A stretch of 64,000 nucleotides of DNA from Eledone cirrhosa (GCA_964016885.1 OZ024743.1:154318001-154382000); one strand, 5' to 3'. Shown: positions 38,257 to 53,660, numbered from the stretch's first letter. The notes: generated from the sequence alone by a model not told the origin. Program-made: numbers and translations.

Positions 38257-40200
38257 TTACAGAGATAGTTCTCTTTTCAGTACTTCTGCTGTGCCAGCCA
38301 AGACAATTTGTTGTCCTTGCAGAGAAGATACACTAAGTATCATTCTCAAATATTGCTCCGTTCCTTTCTTGATCATTTCTAGTGCTCCCACATTCACTGG
38401 TCTTGTAAAAACCTTGAGATGGCACATTTCAATTAGCAGATCTTTATATTTTCTTAATAATTCTTTTGTCGCGATTTTGTGATAACATGGGATGCTCATA
38501 CAATCAATAAGCAGACCTTGCTATGTTGGTCTTTTACAGTAATATATGGTCTATTAGCTTTTATGGTACGGTCAGTATGTACAGAAAAGTCCCAAAGAAT
38601 TGTTACTTTTTCTCCTTCAGTTACATCATCAGGGTGATAATTTTGCCACCTGTCAGCAGCTTTGATTTTATAAAGCCGACGTATTACCCAGTTTAGATAT
38701 TGGCCAACTCTGTCATGTATATATTTGTACTCTACTGGAGATAAAACGTTATATTCACGAACTAAGAGGTCCAATGTTTCCAGCTCAAACTGCAGAATCA
38801 GCACTTTGTATTTATTCCATTACTCATCACATTGACCTGGTAATTCCGTATTAATAAGCTTTGTTCTTGGGCAGCAAAATGAAGCTGTTGATTTCTGCTT
38901 TTAGCCCTGAGCTACAAAGTCATTGAGGGGTGTGGTTTTTGGCAACATCAGTTTGTTTGCTACGGGCCACATATTTGTCATGCAGAGATTTCTGCTCCCA
39001 CTTTGATGCTAATTGCTCTTGTCGTTTTGCTTTTGCCATTAATTTAATATGCTTAGCAGCATTAGTTGCAACGGTTTCCTTAGACTGTCCAACCTGGGTA
39101 TCAAGCATGACATCAGTAACATATTTTTTGGTCTACGTAAAGATAGAATGAAGCTTCTTACTCCTCTCTTGTTTCTCAACAAGTTTCAGCATACAGTCAT
39201 TTTTCTTTGTTTTAAGGTATTTGGCCAGTCCAATAGTGATGATCTTATCGGTAAGTTCAAACTGGATCAGGCCACGGTCTCCTTGAGTTCTAGGAATGTA
39301 AAGACGATCCATATCTGATTTCGCGTGGTGCATCTCATTACAAGTCAGTAACTTACGGATTTTGGTGTCGATTCTGTTAATTTCCCTCATATTTCAGTTC
39401 AACACACCGAAGCTATAAGTGACAACTGGAACTGCCAAGGAATTTATGGCTAACACCTCGTTATGAGCCTTTAGTTCTGATCTCAGAAATGCGCGTACCT
39501 CCTGTAGCATTCCTTCCTTATCCTCTCATCCATATTCGCATGCTAAATGTCAGAGCACTCATTAATCTCTAAGTATATATAGGTTTGTTTCTGCTCTTGT
39601 TCCTTTATGACTGTTTCAGCATCTAATTCAGCTGAGTTTGAGTTGACAAGCTTGCTCTTCGTGAAAGTGGCTTGGCCACGCTTATCGAGTCCAAACTCCA
39701 TCTTGATATCATCAGTAAATGTTTTCACTAACCGCAAAAGGCCTTACAATTCATCATTGTCTTTGAAATATAGCTTTAAATCTTCCATATAAAATAGGTG
39801 GCTTAATTTCTTGTTGCTACTTTGTAACCATACCCTGTTCTACATGTTATGCAAAATGGTCAGGGTGAAAGTCACCTTGGAAAATGTCACAGTTGTAGTT
39901 TATATTCTAAGAATTTAGTACTCCATTGGAATGAAATAATTGAATTGTTGTGTTCCACAATGACATATTGTGTTTCAGGAAGTTTGAAATCACAGATGAG
40001 ATTTTGAAAATATCAAGTGAATTCCAATCCATGAGTGAAGTAGGCTGTCAAAAGCTTTTTTGTAATCGATCCGTGCAAAACTAAGAATTCTGTGTTTATT
40101 ATGACAGTTCTCAATGTTCATACGATTAATCAAGAGTTGATATTTGCAACTTTGCCTTTCATCCATACGGAGTCGATAAAATAATTTACCAGTAATGCAA
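38257..40200 (-). mobile_element. Decayed R4/Dong-like LINE (RT + RLE)
   Basis: IDYKKAFDS..HSW, LFYMEDLKLY, DDIKMEFGLDK, DRLYIPR..G.RGL, HDRVGQY, ILWDFSVHTDRTIKANRP; homologous to 208-3278. Confidence 0.85.
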
Positions 40201-41072
40201 TGGCTTAATTGTTTTGCTTGTGCCAAAAGTAGAATGGTTCACGACCATATATATATATATTTGGTCGTGATTTATGGTCTCCCCATTTTTAGCACCACAA
40301 ACGCTCCGCCTCTCTTCATGTACATATATATTTGCAATTTTATATATAGCTCTCATTAATAATTATTTGCTTAATTAGATTTTTCATTGAGCCATACCGT
40401 GAAATGTAGCCACACTCATATATGTATCTGTGACTATGTCGACATATACGTCTAAATATATACATATATCCCTATGGATTTAATATATACTCCCGTACGG
40501 TATTGTAAAACTTCAGGCAGTATATGACTGCGCTTTCTAGCAGCCATCCTACTTGCCGCAGCCATCCTACTTGCCGCCTGGGCACCATTCACAACCTTCT
40601 ACTTTGACCACTAGCCACATGATGATTCTTAGCCGTTTTTGAATTAATTTCTGGTGGTGATCACCGTAGAAATTTTAGTCCAAACCTGAGGGGATTCTTG
40701 ATAAGCTGGAAGCCTCAAGGATAATACCAGGATAGGATATATCAACAAAGTGCGAGCGAAACTGTCGACAGTCGGGACTGGAGGAATTCTGGTAAAGTTT
40801 ATATGCATTTTTTCTTCTAAATTATATTTTAGACCTAGCTCCGTTTAATTGATTATTTGTCTAGTTAATTTCTTAGGGCTAAAAGGAATGACTAGATCAA
40901 AGTTATCTGACTGTTCCTCGCGGAAAATAGTCTGTATCATTTGTCTATTATTTCTTCATAGTTACATTTTAAACTTATAGCTTCGTTTAAATTGTTATTT
41001 ATCTGGTTGATTTCTACGGACTAGGGTGAGGAAAGACTGTGTATATTTTATCTAATAATTCTTCAAACTTGC

Positions 41073-41119
<47 letters not shown>

Positions 41120-41122
<3 letters not shown>

Positions 41123-44085
41123 CTTGGGGAGGGTCATATTTTTGTAATAATATTGCCAGAAATAAAAACAGAACACACTCACTGTTTGGTTGGTTTTCAC
41201 TTCTGTGTCTTTTATATCTCCACAGTTAATTCATTCGGTCCTCAATGTTTATCATTGACTGACCAACGGTCAAAAGTACAGAGAAAAATACATATATATA
41301 GTCTAACAAAGTTCTTTCGTTGCACATCTGCAAAATCATCAGTGGTACTATTATGTACATCCTGTTGTGTTGTATGTCTACGCCATTTTTATTTTAACCG
41401 GTTATTTATTTATTTATTTATTTTTGTCTCCTTCTCTGCGCATGCGTTTACGTGTGTATAGTGTTTGGTGTGCGTGTTAGCGTTTGGGTGACTGTTTTCG
41501 TTATTGTATTCTATCTTAGTTTACTAGTGTGAGTTTATATGTGTTTGTTGTTATTGCGCTTGTGTATATATTTATTTATTTATTTATTTATTCATTTATA
41601 TTTCACTTAAGTCAATATTGTTTGTTTGGGTGTTGTTATTCCATTCATTTTTTCTGTATAGCTTTGGCCTTCTAAGCTCTATTTCGCTTGCTCCTCTGAT
41701 TTGCTTACCTTCTGGGTCATTTCTATGTTTAGATATTATTTTTAATTTCTATGTTGTCTATGTTACCGCCATGTTCTTGTCTGGCGTGTTCGTATAGTAC
41801 TGAACCGTTTTTTAGTCCTTTTTATTCCGCCCAGTGTGAGTCTATCCTTTCTCCTATGCTTCGAGCTGTCTCGCATATGTATGTATGTTGTTGTCATCTT
41901 TCTGCAAGTACCCTCTGTACATCTTATGCTATAGACTACATTTCTAGTTTTACAATTTATCAGGGGTTTACTTTATATATAACACATTTCCTATTAGTAC
42001 AGTGGCTTTTCTTAAAAGGGTATGTTTTGCTGATCAGGGACGTTATGTTAGATCCTGGATTTTCTACCACTTTAATCTTTAAGTTGGTCTTTTTGAGGGC
42101 CTATCTACATTGGTTAACTAATTCCTCTCCAGGAGTAGCGTCCACGAACATGACACTCTGATATCTCTGGTTGTCGTACCATGAGGTGGCTTTCCTTATC
42201 TTATGTTTAGTCCTGTCTAAGCTATTCCATGATTTGCTCCTGTATAATGGTCAAATTCCTTTCATGTCCAGTTCTATGAGGGTCTTATCGTCTCAGTGGC
42301 TCCTTTGAATAGTCTGATTCTGTCTCTTTGGTTGTAGCCAGCGAACTGCATGCGGTTGATGAAGTGTTGGATGTTTCTTTCCATTTATGTTGGGTCGCAC
42401 ATGCGGGACACGTTCTTCATCACTGGTACCAACTCTCCGATCAGAATATTAAACTTAGCACTACTGTACATTGCTGAGCTTTTGAGTATCAGGTATTTGG
42501 AGGCCATGGATTTACCATAGTGTGAGTGGATAATGTGGGCCCTCTCGTATATAGTGTTAATCCAGAGTTCCGTGTCTAATACAGGTAGTCTATTGTTAGG
42601 ATGTTTGGAAGCGTAGTCGATAGTTATGGTTATACTCTGGTGTATGGAGTTAGCTATCTGCTGGATGCTTTCCATTGTGCTACATTCTAAATCATATGTG
42701 TTAGTACTCTCTTGTGGGGTTGTCCTTATTACTATATTAATATCGTCTACGTAAAGAGAGTACATGATGAGGTATATGGAGCACTCATCAAGGAGATCCT
42801 TGAGTCTCCTTTCCCACCATACCATAAAAAGGTTTGGCAACGTCACCAGCTAAGCTGACGCCAATGGATGCTCCCTCATTTTGGGTGGAGATCTTTTCGT
42901 TGAATTTGAATATATGGCCCTTTAGGGTAGTTTTAATACTAGCCCCTATTGCATGTGCGACCATTTTTCTTACTTGATCATTGTTTGTGGGGCGTCTGTA
43001 TGAATTTGGACCACCCTATCCACCTTCCCATGGGAGTCTTTTGGCTATTGAGGTTATGTTGTGGGGTCTACGTCTTATGGGTGTACTGGGGCAGAAAAGG
43101 CTTAGGTCATGGCTGTCTAGGTATTCGGTGTCATAGGTAAGTCTAAGTAGGAGGCCCAGTTCATCTGTGTCGACGTCGCAGAACTCCACCTCACTCTCAC
43201 TGATTATCTCCACACATTTTCCACAGCAAAATCAATGTTAATGGATGGGTATAGTGATACCACGTCCATACTGCCTATTATGCAGTTAGATAGGTTTTTG
43301 TTTTTGTGCACTCATTGATTCTGCTGAGGAGGTCCTCTGTACTGTTACAAACATCTGGGGACATCTTCATTATGGGGCGTATAACCATTGAGAGGAAGTA
43401 GGATATCCTGTAGTTGATAGCGATATTGGCTCCGCATACAGGTCTTGTTGGTGGTCCTGTTGTCGCGTCGTCGATTGTCTTATGGTCTTTGCGGAGCCCA
43501 TACAGGGGTGGTATGTCATTGTTAGACGCCTGGAATTTGTTGGCAGTGCGTCTCCTTGGCTTTAGGATGTTGGTCCACATCATCATGTGAGCGTTGAGGA
43601 TCTCTCCTCTCCCCTCATGTGTTTGTTGTGTAATTTCGCTCGTGTTGGTGATGTAGGGTTGCATAGCCTTGATGTAGTTCAAAATGCTGTCTATTCACAA
43701 TCTACCAGACTTATATGTTGGTAGACACACGACCTCCCCATCCCTTGTGCGCTGCTTTAGGACCAAGTTGTTGGATCTCTGGTCTGCTTTGTCTCTCAGT
43801 ATATCGGTCTACTATTTGTCTAATCTTATTTCTTACTATGGTGAACTGTGCCGCTGTCTCGTCATCTATTTGTTGTGGCATACAACCCCTTTTATTAAAG
43901 ACTAACATCGTAGAATACATTTTATTCATCTTATATCTGTACTTTTGACAGTTGGACAGTCAATGATAAACATTGAAGACCGAAGGAATTAACTGTATAA
44001 AATATACATAATCGAAAACCAACCAAACAGTGAGTGTGTTCTGTTATTATTTCTGGCAATATTATTACGACAATGTGACCCTCCA
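41120..44085 (-). mobile_element. Penelope-like element (RT, Cys-containing linker, GIY-YIG; probably Neptune-type) with ~165-bp inverted ends
   Basis: PPLYGLRKDHK, PPTRPVC, MDVVSLYPSI, LYVDDI, LPVLDTEL, SVMFVDATPGEEL, ETARSIGER..SVLYEH; 41120-41285 inverted at 43925-44085; (TA)n on both sides. Confidence 0.85.
41299..41350 (-). ncRNA. Decayed type I hammerhead motif
   Basis: CTGATGA-TTTTGCA-GATG-TGCAAC-GAAAG-AA-CTT; stem I imperfect. Confidence 0.45.
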
Positions 44086-44135
44086 TAAATATAACAATAT
44101 ATGTTTCGACACACGATTTGATATCGAAAACCTTG

Positions 44136-44229
<94 letters not shown>

Positions 44230-44248
44230 GTATATATATGTATATATG

Positions 44249-44347
<99 letters not shown>

Positions 44348-44491
44348 ATATAAAATGCCCGGATCTATTCATTGGAATCTTTGATGTTATTTTACGGTGG
44401 ATATGGTTCATGTCTCTGACATGACACCCTTAATTTAATTTTGGATATATATGCATGTATGTATACATGTATGTATGTATATATATATATA

Positions 44492-44575
<84 letters not shown>

Positions 44576-46035
44576 GCCAGTTGCTGGTGGCCGGGTACCG
44601 CTGAATTAATACCAACGATCGATCGTCTTTCATTTCCTACTATATTATACTCCTTGCTGCGCTGATGGAAATATCCGGTGTGAGGTGAGAATTTTCAATA
44701 TTCCTTGTTAATCTCACATAATTATTACATTTTGAGTATTGAATGTCGACTTTGTATCAATAATCAGCTATTATATGCTTAATTATATGCATATATGCAT
44801 AAATCTCATTATCCTTACATGTATGTATCCAACTGACCGGTCGAGTTCTGTATTCGGCACGGATTCCTTTTGTTTGTATCCAACAGCCAAAGCACGCGAT
44901 AAATGTATATCTATTATAGAGGCAGAGTATGCAATTAGTTAGGACTACTGGATTCCATATCCTAAGGTAACAAGTAACACACACTCTATGGAACTATCTT
45001 ATGACTTCGAAATCTCTGCTGATGAGTCTAACATTTCGATTACGTAAATAACTGCACACATCACTTGATATTCTGAACATTGAGGATCTATATCTGTATT
45101 TGTGAAGATATGTTGTACCGAAACGATTCCTTCCAGGTGATGAGAATTTTACCTTTCTCTCTACATAAACACCGCCACCATATCTGCTATTAACTGGATG
45201 GGTGATTGCAACTGTATTACTGCAATTCAGAAAATTCATTGAGTGAGCAAATGTTGGCCGGAGACCGTTGGATTAATACCAGTAATACCAGCGATCTTCG
45301 TTAATTTTATAGTATATATATATATATAATTATATAATTATATATATATAATTATATATATATGTGCGTGTGTGCGTGCCTCTATGTCTTTGAATATGTG
45401 TGAGTGTGTGTGTATATGTGTGTGTATGTATGTGTGTGTCTATTATATATTTCATATTGAGTAAATGGTTTATATCCATATACAATATTGTTTGGAAAAA
45501 AATATATAAGTATAGAAACAGAGAAATAGAAAGAGAAAGGGAGAGACTCTAGCATTTCTACAGCTTCTTGTATTGTTTTCATATTACCAATTCTAGTTGC
45601 TATTTACCATTCCCTTTTATCTTTATCAGTCACATCAATTTGATTGCTCTTCTTTCATATCACCACATGTTTTCAATCTCGTAAACAATCTTAGAATTTT
45701 TTTAGTATTCCATTCAACTATCATTCACTTAATGTTTTTCGTCATCACTAAAGCAACCATTACGTATTTTGGTTTTGTTGAAATTGGTGTTTCTTTTGCC
45801 TTTTATTTTTAAATTGATGCTTTTATAATTCATACACTAAATGTTAAATACCGTGAACATTTTCCTCGAAATTTGTCAATTGCTACCATTCAATATAATG
45901 AATATCACTGTTATTATAACGCCAAAAAACATTTCCGCTAACATCAATATATTGATAATACAGAGAATAATGGGTGGCTCTATGATTTAGTATTCTTTGT
46001 AGCCATATGGGTATATATATATATATATATATACA

Positions 46036-47297
46036 CAGGGTGTTTGGGATACATTTGTTCGATAGTAATTCTTTAACTATTATCCGGTATGACCTCATAT
46101 CTATGAACATTTAACGGCATTGTGGAAGTTAATCACTACAGTTTAACTAAAATGACTAAATAACTAAAATTAACCGAAATGGACAAGCGGAAATCACCTA
46201 AGTATAGGATAAGTGTAATCTAGTTCACAATCCCTCAATCATGACGACTATTAAATGCTCATTGAACACTGTGAAAGCAAAAATAGGTCAAATGAATAAC
46301 TGCAACGGAGACTACGAGGCCGTGGCTTGTAGGAAAGAACACAACAGACGTTCTGATTGCCTCCGTGCACCAAGAATTATCCAACAACTGCAGGAGAAAA
46401 TGATGGAACACCCACGCAAGAGAATTCGAGCTTTAGTGCGCGAAATGCGTGTTCCAGCTTTCAACAAGAAGGTGACACTGAATGAAAACCTCCGCTACCA
46501 CTCATACAAGAAGCGTAAATGTCACCTTAGTACGGAAAATTCTGAAGAAAACTGTCTGACAAAGCAAAGTAGCTCCTGGACAAAGAGAAGCATCCTGCTG
46601 AACGAGGAACACTCTTGATCTGCCCTGAGTAAGATAACTGTTGTCATGACCAGCTGCACAACATCCAGATCAAACAGATTGCTAGCCTAAAGTCCATATG
46701 GCGTTCCTCAAATATATGAACACCAAGATTCCCCAAACTATAATAGTTTTGGATAGGCCTCCAGTGAGGGTGACGCCATGCACCTCAAAGTCTTTGAACA
46801 GGTTCTCAGGCTCAATTCAGTTGACTATGTGGAGATGCTGACTGCCGTGGTTAAGCGTTGGTTGGAGAGGGTGGCTTCTGAAAATCTATGTGTCTCACAG
46901 AATTTCAGATCCCTGCAACAACTCTGGGTAGAGACAGAGATGTTTGTCAGGGAAATTTTACGAGTTCACCAGCTCCAACGTTTGGCCTCCTAAATCCCCA
47001 CATTGCAATACTATGGATTATTATATGCTGGGTGCAATGGAGAAAGACATCAACCACACTGCTTGTAACAACAACACCCAGCTGATCGACAGAATTAAGG
47101 AAGCTTTTAAGGCTATCCCTAGGGTCATGGTAAAGGCCACATATGCCAGATTCCTGAGCCGGATTGAGGCCGTGGTGGTTGCTGAGGATAGCTTCTTGAA
47201 TTCAATTTTCTATTTTGATTGCTTTAATCTTTATGCCACTTTCTGTCTTTCGAATAAATTTATTTTTGTCTGAGATATTCACATTTTAATCTTACAA
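46036..47297 (+). mobile_element. Decayed Tc1/mariner-superfamily DNA transposon (maT/rosa-like)
   Basis: Starts CAGGGTG after a TA tract; transposase remnants incl. WPPKSPHCNTMDYY (WPPxSPDLNPxDY) and F.SRIEAVV; right TIR not seen. Confidence 0.8.
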
Positions 47298-48699
47298 ATA
47301 TATATATATATATATTCAATTAAAGAATGTTGGTATGCTTTCGAAACACGTATAACAAACTTAATAGGGTTGGACATATGAAACCGTCTTTATTATATAT
47401 GTGTGTATGTGTGTGTGTGTATGTGTGTATGTGTGTAGGGGGGGGGGGGGGGGGGCTGTGTGTGTGCGTGTGTCTGTGTGCGTGTGTACCTCGTTATTGA
47501 TGTGTATATACATACATATCGTAAAAGCTAAATTACTACACGATATTTAGTTTAATTGCTGTGGGTGACCATTTAATCGGTACTACCAACAATTACTCTA
47601 ATATTACTGATGTTCCGACACAACAAACTGTACTAGTTACTACAAAAATACATAAATCATCCCGCATATCTTCTGTGATTATTTGCACTTGCATAAATTA
47701 GTATTGAAATACATAACATTCATGTAACATTCATGTTAAATATATTACGTTTTTCGCCAAATTTTGACTTGTTGTCCATGAAAAACTAGAATCAAATTGA
47801 CATGAAATACATGTAAAGCTCCAACTGCAACACATAGGGTAGTTGAACCTTTGACGTGATCAAGATTTACACGTGTATGTATGATGTATATTTATATGGT
47901 TAGGGTAAAAAGCGAATAGACAGCAGGAAATTGTTTGAGATAAAGAATATAATAATTATTTAAAGAAAGAATATAACACAAAATGTTTTGAAATTCTTTT
48001 AGTTTTTATACAATACATTTCATCTTCAAAGTTAGAGACTTTAAAAGACAGAAATATCAATTGTATATCATTTTAAAAGCTATAATTCATTAGTGTAATT
48101 AAGATGAAAAAGATGATAGCGTGATATTTAATTTCATTACTTATTATGTTTTACAATTTATATAAAACTTTGCTTGATTTCAGAACTGAGACAATGATGT
48201 CTGTGACTTTTTGAAACTTATTGAAAGTTAATTAACACTAATTAATGGAAACTTCTTCAAGCTAAGATGATTCATTACCATGTATACTTTAAACAGAAGC
48301 AATAAGCTTATCAAAGGTTTCATTATTATGTAGACACTCACACAAACACATATACACTACCATACCCACACATATAGTGCTATGATGGTGTGCATATAAA
48401 TACATATGGCAGTTGTTATTTTTACGTAGACTGTGAAATAGATGTATATGAGAGTGGAGTATTAATGGACGGTATGTTATTAATTATACATACTAACAAT
48501 TCCAATTGAGATTGACAATTAATTATATTTCCAAAGAATGTGAAACATTTGATAGGAGCCCTTTTTGTGACTCTTGCTGTGTTTAACGTGATCCATCGTA
48601 ACTTAGCCGAGCTATAAACAAATGCATCTCTACTGCAACCCTTATTACTACATGTTTTGCTCAAATCACGAACTACACTGATACCGTTATGTTCTCCTT

Positions 48700-49800
48700 A
48701 CTATCCGTTCCTTCACACGTTTACTTCGTACGTGCCCTATAAACACTCCCATTCCATCTACGATTTCACTATCCATACTCTCACCAGGGCAACCGCCGAG
48801 AGGCACCTTTATCTCTTTCAATCTAAATGCACTGGTGTTAAAAGCTTTCGGGAATATGAACTTTCAATCTTCAAACGAGATCATAATTTGGACGACTCTT
48901 GGTTCTGCAGTTCAATAACGTCTCTACTTTAAGTCTATCTGTTGTCTGCTTCCGTTCCTCTTTAAAAGCCTAACCCCAACGTCTATAATACGATCATCGT
49001 TTTCGAACTTAGTTCACCTTTCCATATCGATGGCTGTTTCATCTTCATCTCCAAACATTTCATACATCACCTCGTATTAGGAATACTATTGCTTCTTTTA
49101 AAGAAGATATAAAAACAAGACGACACTGGATCCACCAGGTCTGATTCTTACTAGGTGAATTCTCTGAGTCACTCCATCTTGTATCTCATTGTCTTGGAAT
49201 TACTATCACCACAGAACCCCTTCTCACAGCTTCATCATAGTTAGTAATTGAACTTCCTTTATAATGCATCAGTGATGTTGGGATCAGTAAACAAATTGCT
49301 ATAATCTATCCCTACACTATACCTCATTATCTTTATTCTACCATATATAACGAGTAGATCCGGTATACAGTGCGTATCCAGTTTAGAATAGGTGTACTGT
49401 ACCCCGTATGTTATAAGAAGTCAATCAAATCGGTGGTGTCACGAAGGAGATCCGGCTGTAAACCATTGGCTGAAAACGTCATCTACAACGCTTGCCAGCA
49501 TTGAAATGTTGACGTAAAATCGATGATGATGATATCCCTATATTGATCACATACTCCATTACCCTAATCGTTCTTCATCCATACGTGACCACATTCAGCA
49601 TTCCCTGACAACAACGCTTTGTATACACATATATCACATTCGCATATAAACTTACCTCCGCACCTCACCAGGTTTTCATTTTTACGCCTATACACAAACC
49701 TGCTTTATATACATTTATCTTACTTTACCCCTTCTACGCATCCATTATCAATTTCTCACAACGTCCACTAATTCCTTTCTTCACGTTTCATATACTCACT
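48700..49800 (-). mobile_element. Decayed RTE-like LINE pieces with a + strand SINE 3' fragment at ~49400-49535
   Basis: Weak RMDEERL-type remnant; SINE-like tail GACGTAAAATCGATGATGATGAT. Confidence 0.35.
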
Positions 49801-50578
49801 TTCATAAATAATGTTTTTATAATTAATTTAAAAAGACACATATTTTTGATAGAACATGTAGTACACATATTTCACATATTTCTTGGATATAATTTCTTTC
49901 CAGTCAGATATGAATACTGATTAATATTTTACCATTACTCCAATATTTCCCTATAAAAACAAATGATAAAATGAAAATTAATAATAAAAAAAGAAATATT
50001 ATGCGGTTTTCTCTTCGGGCCCAAGAATATCTAATGAAAATTAAATTTCAAGATGATGTATATGAGAATATTTTTGATTTTCTTTACTTGTATATAATTT
50101 CCGATCAATTAGAATGTTAATAATTTGGCTTGAAACTATGTTGCTAATTCTTCTTAATCTCAAACCTTTATAGTCTTTCATTCATTTATGCTCTTAAGAA
50201 ATGTGTTCAGTCAAAATATCAAAATAACATTCTGGTAGCCTGGGAGACCTCATTTTAGTAGTAATTAAAATACATTAAATACCATACTCAAGGTTCTGCT
50301 ACGTCTAACAAAATAACATGAAATATATTATTCAGCATCATTTAATATTCTGCCTCTAATTACCAATAAAAACGTAGCTTTAAATATGTCAAATAAGAAA
50401 GCAAACATTATTTGATATTATGAAACAACATTTATGCTAAAATACTAAATCAGTTATAAGTAAAAGTAATGTTGTCTCTGATCGAAACGACGGGAGAGTC
50501 TATTTGAATGAACACATATAAATATGAGAAAACTCATCGCTGGAACAGCCACAAAAACAGCTAAATTCTGTCAAAGAC

Positions 50579-50747
50579 AGCGATTGGCAGAAATGTCTCA
50601 GAGGACAGAGACCAGTGGCCAGTGGTCAACAGAGAGACTATCCACAAGGTGGCTGACCCAGATGAAATATTGAAAAGATTGTGGATTGTCTCTCTGTTGA
50701 CCACTAGCATCTGGTCTCTGTCCTCTGGGGCCTTTTTGCCCATCGCT
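50579..50747. repeat. 69-bp imperfect inverted repeat with 31-nt loop
   Basis: 50579-50647 vs reverse complement of 50679-50747; 9 differences counted by eye. Confidence 0.9.
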
Positions 50748-53477
50748 ATCACTTATGTCACCAAATGACTTTCATGTGTTGTTATGTATCTACATGTCTG
50801 TTCTCATCAATCGTATCTCTGGACAAGCTCATCCCCGCCATGAATATCCCGTCATATTTTAGACATAGTGTGTCACAGATCATATTCTTCCTTGTTGAAG
50901 ATCTATGTTGTTATTTTTTGGAAGCTGTTGGTATCAAGTCAAATTGCTACATCACCCTCTGCTTCTCATTTTTACGTGCAGAGCACATCTAAACAATTTG
51001 TCGTTATATGCATGTAATGTTGTTGTTTGCCATTATAAACTGTTAGAATAAGTAACATTCAATATTTTAAGAAATTTATATAATTAGCCATAACTGCATT
51101 ATACAACATGATTCTTCTCTGGACACAGCTTCTTCAAATTACAACATAGTATGATCATATATGTCTTAACTATAATAAGAACATACAAAAAGACAATTTC
51201 AATGAAATTGAATTTGAGATTCCATCAGGAATAATAACTAAAAGGTTTAATTCTATATAATCCTTATATTATGTACGTGGATATTGGAGAGTTTTGTTTA
51301 TGAATATTCCTAGTCCAGCTTAGAGTTTTTATTTAAATATATTTAGAACATCTACCATATCTCTACAGTAGATAAACTAGAAGGAAGATCATTTTAATGC
51401 TGTATAATCATTAATTATTTTAATATTGTAATACTCCATAAACAGATTGTGTTCGTACAGCTTTGGGAAACATTTTTATAAATAATATTCTATTTCCGTT
51501 AAAATGCTGTTTGGAAACGTAAGCTGAGAATCGAGTCTTTTCATCAGTTGATATATTATCTGAAATTCAATTAATTAATAAACTCATATTTAAGATCATT
51601 TTAATTTTGGTGAGTGAGTAAATTAATGCATTGATTTAAAAACAATCATTCTCATGACTGAGTGGGAGAAACACCCTTAAGATGATGTAACAATGTTCTA
51701 CAGTTTTATTTGGTGTGAGTGGGTGATTACACATATTTTAGCTTGTAGTGTGATATACTTTCTTCTCGGAATCCAATCGGATATTCACGTCAACATGCTC
51801 AAAATATCTTGAGTGGATGAGAAATTGCAATTACAGAAATCCAGAAGGATACATTAATTTAAGAAAGGAAAATGTCAGTTCAGAGAGTGTTTTGATATAT
51901 AGTGCAGAACACTAGTCACTGGGAGCATAATGAAGGGAATTAATGTACGTTTAGTATTTATTTAGTGACATATGTAGATATACATACATGTAAGTAAGCA
52001 ACTAACTTAAATTGTATTCTATGAAATTTTAATTTAGTTCGAAATTACCCATTAGAGATTAAAAATCGGCTGAAAATACACCGAACAATATCATTTTATT
52101 GACAACAGATCTTGACAGATAGCATTAGATGTTGTTAAAATAGTTTATAACGGATTCGAATCTAAATTCTTGAAAATTAACCTTCAAGAGGAATGGGGAT
52201 AAAGAAAGTGCAATCTAAATTTATGATACTCTGTGATGGTGTCTGTAATGATTCGCCGTGTAGAAATTTATTGTTTCTGTGTTATCCAGTATACAGTTAC
52301 AGCTGATATATGCCTTGTGTTACTGTTCATGAAATAAATGCAAGTTTAATCGCATGTGACAAATTAGTGTCTGTGTACAGAAGGTTAATGCAGATTTCTC
52401 GCGATAGATAATCAGTGTAAAACCGCCATAAATCTGGATAGTGGTTGCTGTAATATAGAGAAGTGAAGCTGTTTGCAGAAGGGTCTCTGCTCTATTGTCG
52501 GTGGCTGGATAAAGGGTAATATTTAAGAAATATATTAATAGTATTTTAAATGCCAGGATGTGAAAGGTATCCAGCATATACGAGGCTACTGCGACTGGAG
52601 TAAACATTTCACAACAGCAAACGATTTCGTTTTAGATGTAGTCGACTCCATATGTTTTTTAAGAGGTAAGAATAACGGCAAAAACCACAGGGGAAGAAAT
52701 GTGAATAAATATATAAAACCTCAAAGCATGCATACGAAGGTGCGACCAAGCTAATAACACGTTGCGGCTGAAGCAGTTTGGGTGTTCTAAAGACAAAGGA
52801 AAAAACACGTACCGGAATGGAGTAAAGAGGTTACAAACTAGAATATTCGAATGACAATTGAGCGGAAAGTTAAATGAGATATTTAGTGATAGGAGGTGCG
52901 GATCGAATCTTAGTAAGTGAAAACTTATTTCGATTATAAATCACAATAAAGAGTGCAGCCTTCTTCTATTAAGAGAGGGGTCGATAGAGTATGCATGGTT
53001 TATTGGAAGTATGATCGAGTGTGGAATATCATTTTGTGTGTCTTAGTATATTAGGCATGTTCTTATGGTTGCTTTTATCGGGCAGATTGTCTGACAAGGC
53101 AGACAATTATTCATGCCTATCTAGCGACATAGCAATATATATGATAACCTGCAAATATTTTACAGAATACATATTATTTCAATAAATAACACCTATTACA
53201 TATGACATAACAATTACTTAAACATGAAGAAAGTACAAAATAAAGTATAATTGTCCAAAAATATGAACATCGAAACAAGGTAAATGGGGTAGTACGCTTC
53301 AAAATAAGGAAGAAATACTGTATCATACATAGAATCATTACATTACTGGGGAAATATATATTTGATCTACACAATATTATTGAAGCAGTCGTAACGCATA
53401 TTTAACGATTAAGAATATCCATTGAAAATATATCTGAAACATGTATAGGACGAACTATACTTCGAGTCTGCTCTTTT

Positions 53478-53660
53478 AATAATTTATTCAACTTTTGGAA
53501 CAAGGCCAGCAATTAGCCAGTACATTACTGGTACTTTATTTTATCGACCCCGTAAGGATGAAAGGCAAAGTTATCCTCGGGATTGAACTCAGAACGTAAA
53601 GAGACGTAACTATGCTAATAATCATATCCGACCCTCTATCGATACTGCTAATTCACCATT
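53478..53660 (-). mobile_element. tRNA-derived SINE, family A
   Basis: Reverse complement of family A body and tail. Confidence 0.8.

Noticed and set aside
52550-53100. Possible CR1/L2 LINE remnants here and at ~12530-12760 and ~35280-35700
   Set aside because: Composition is suggestive but no diagnostic motif could be read with confidence
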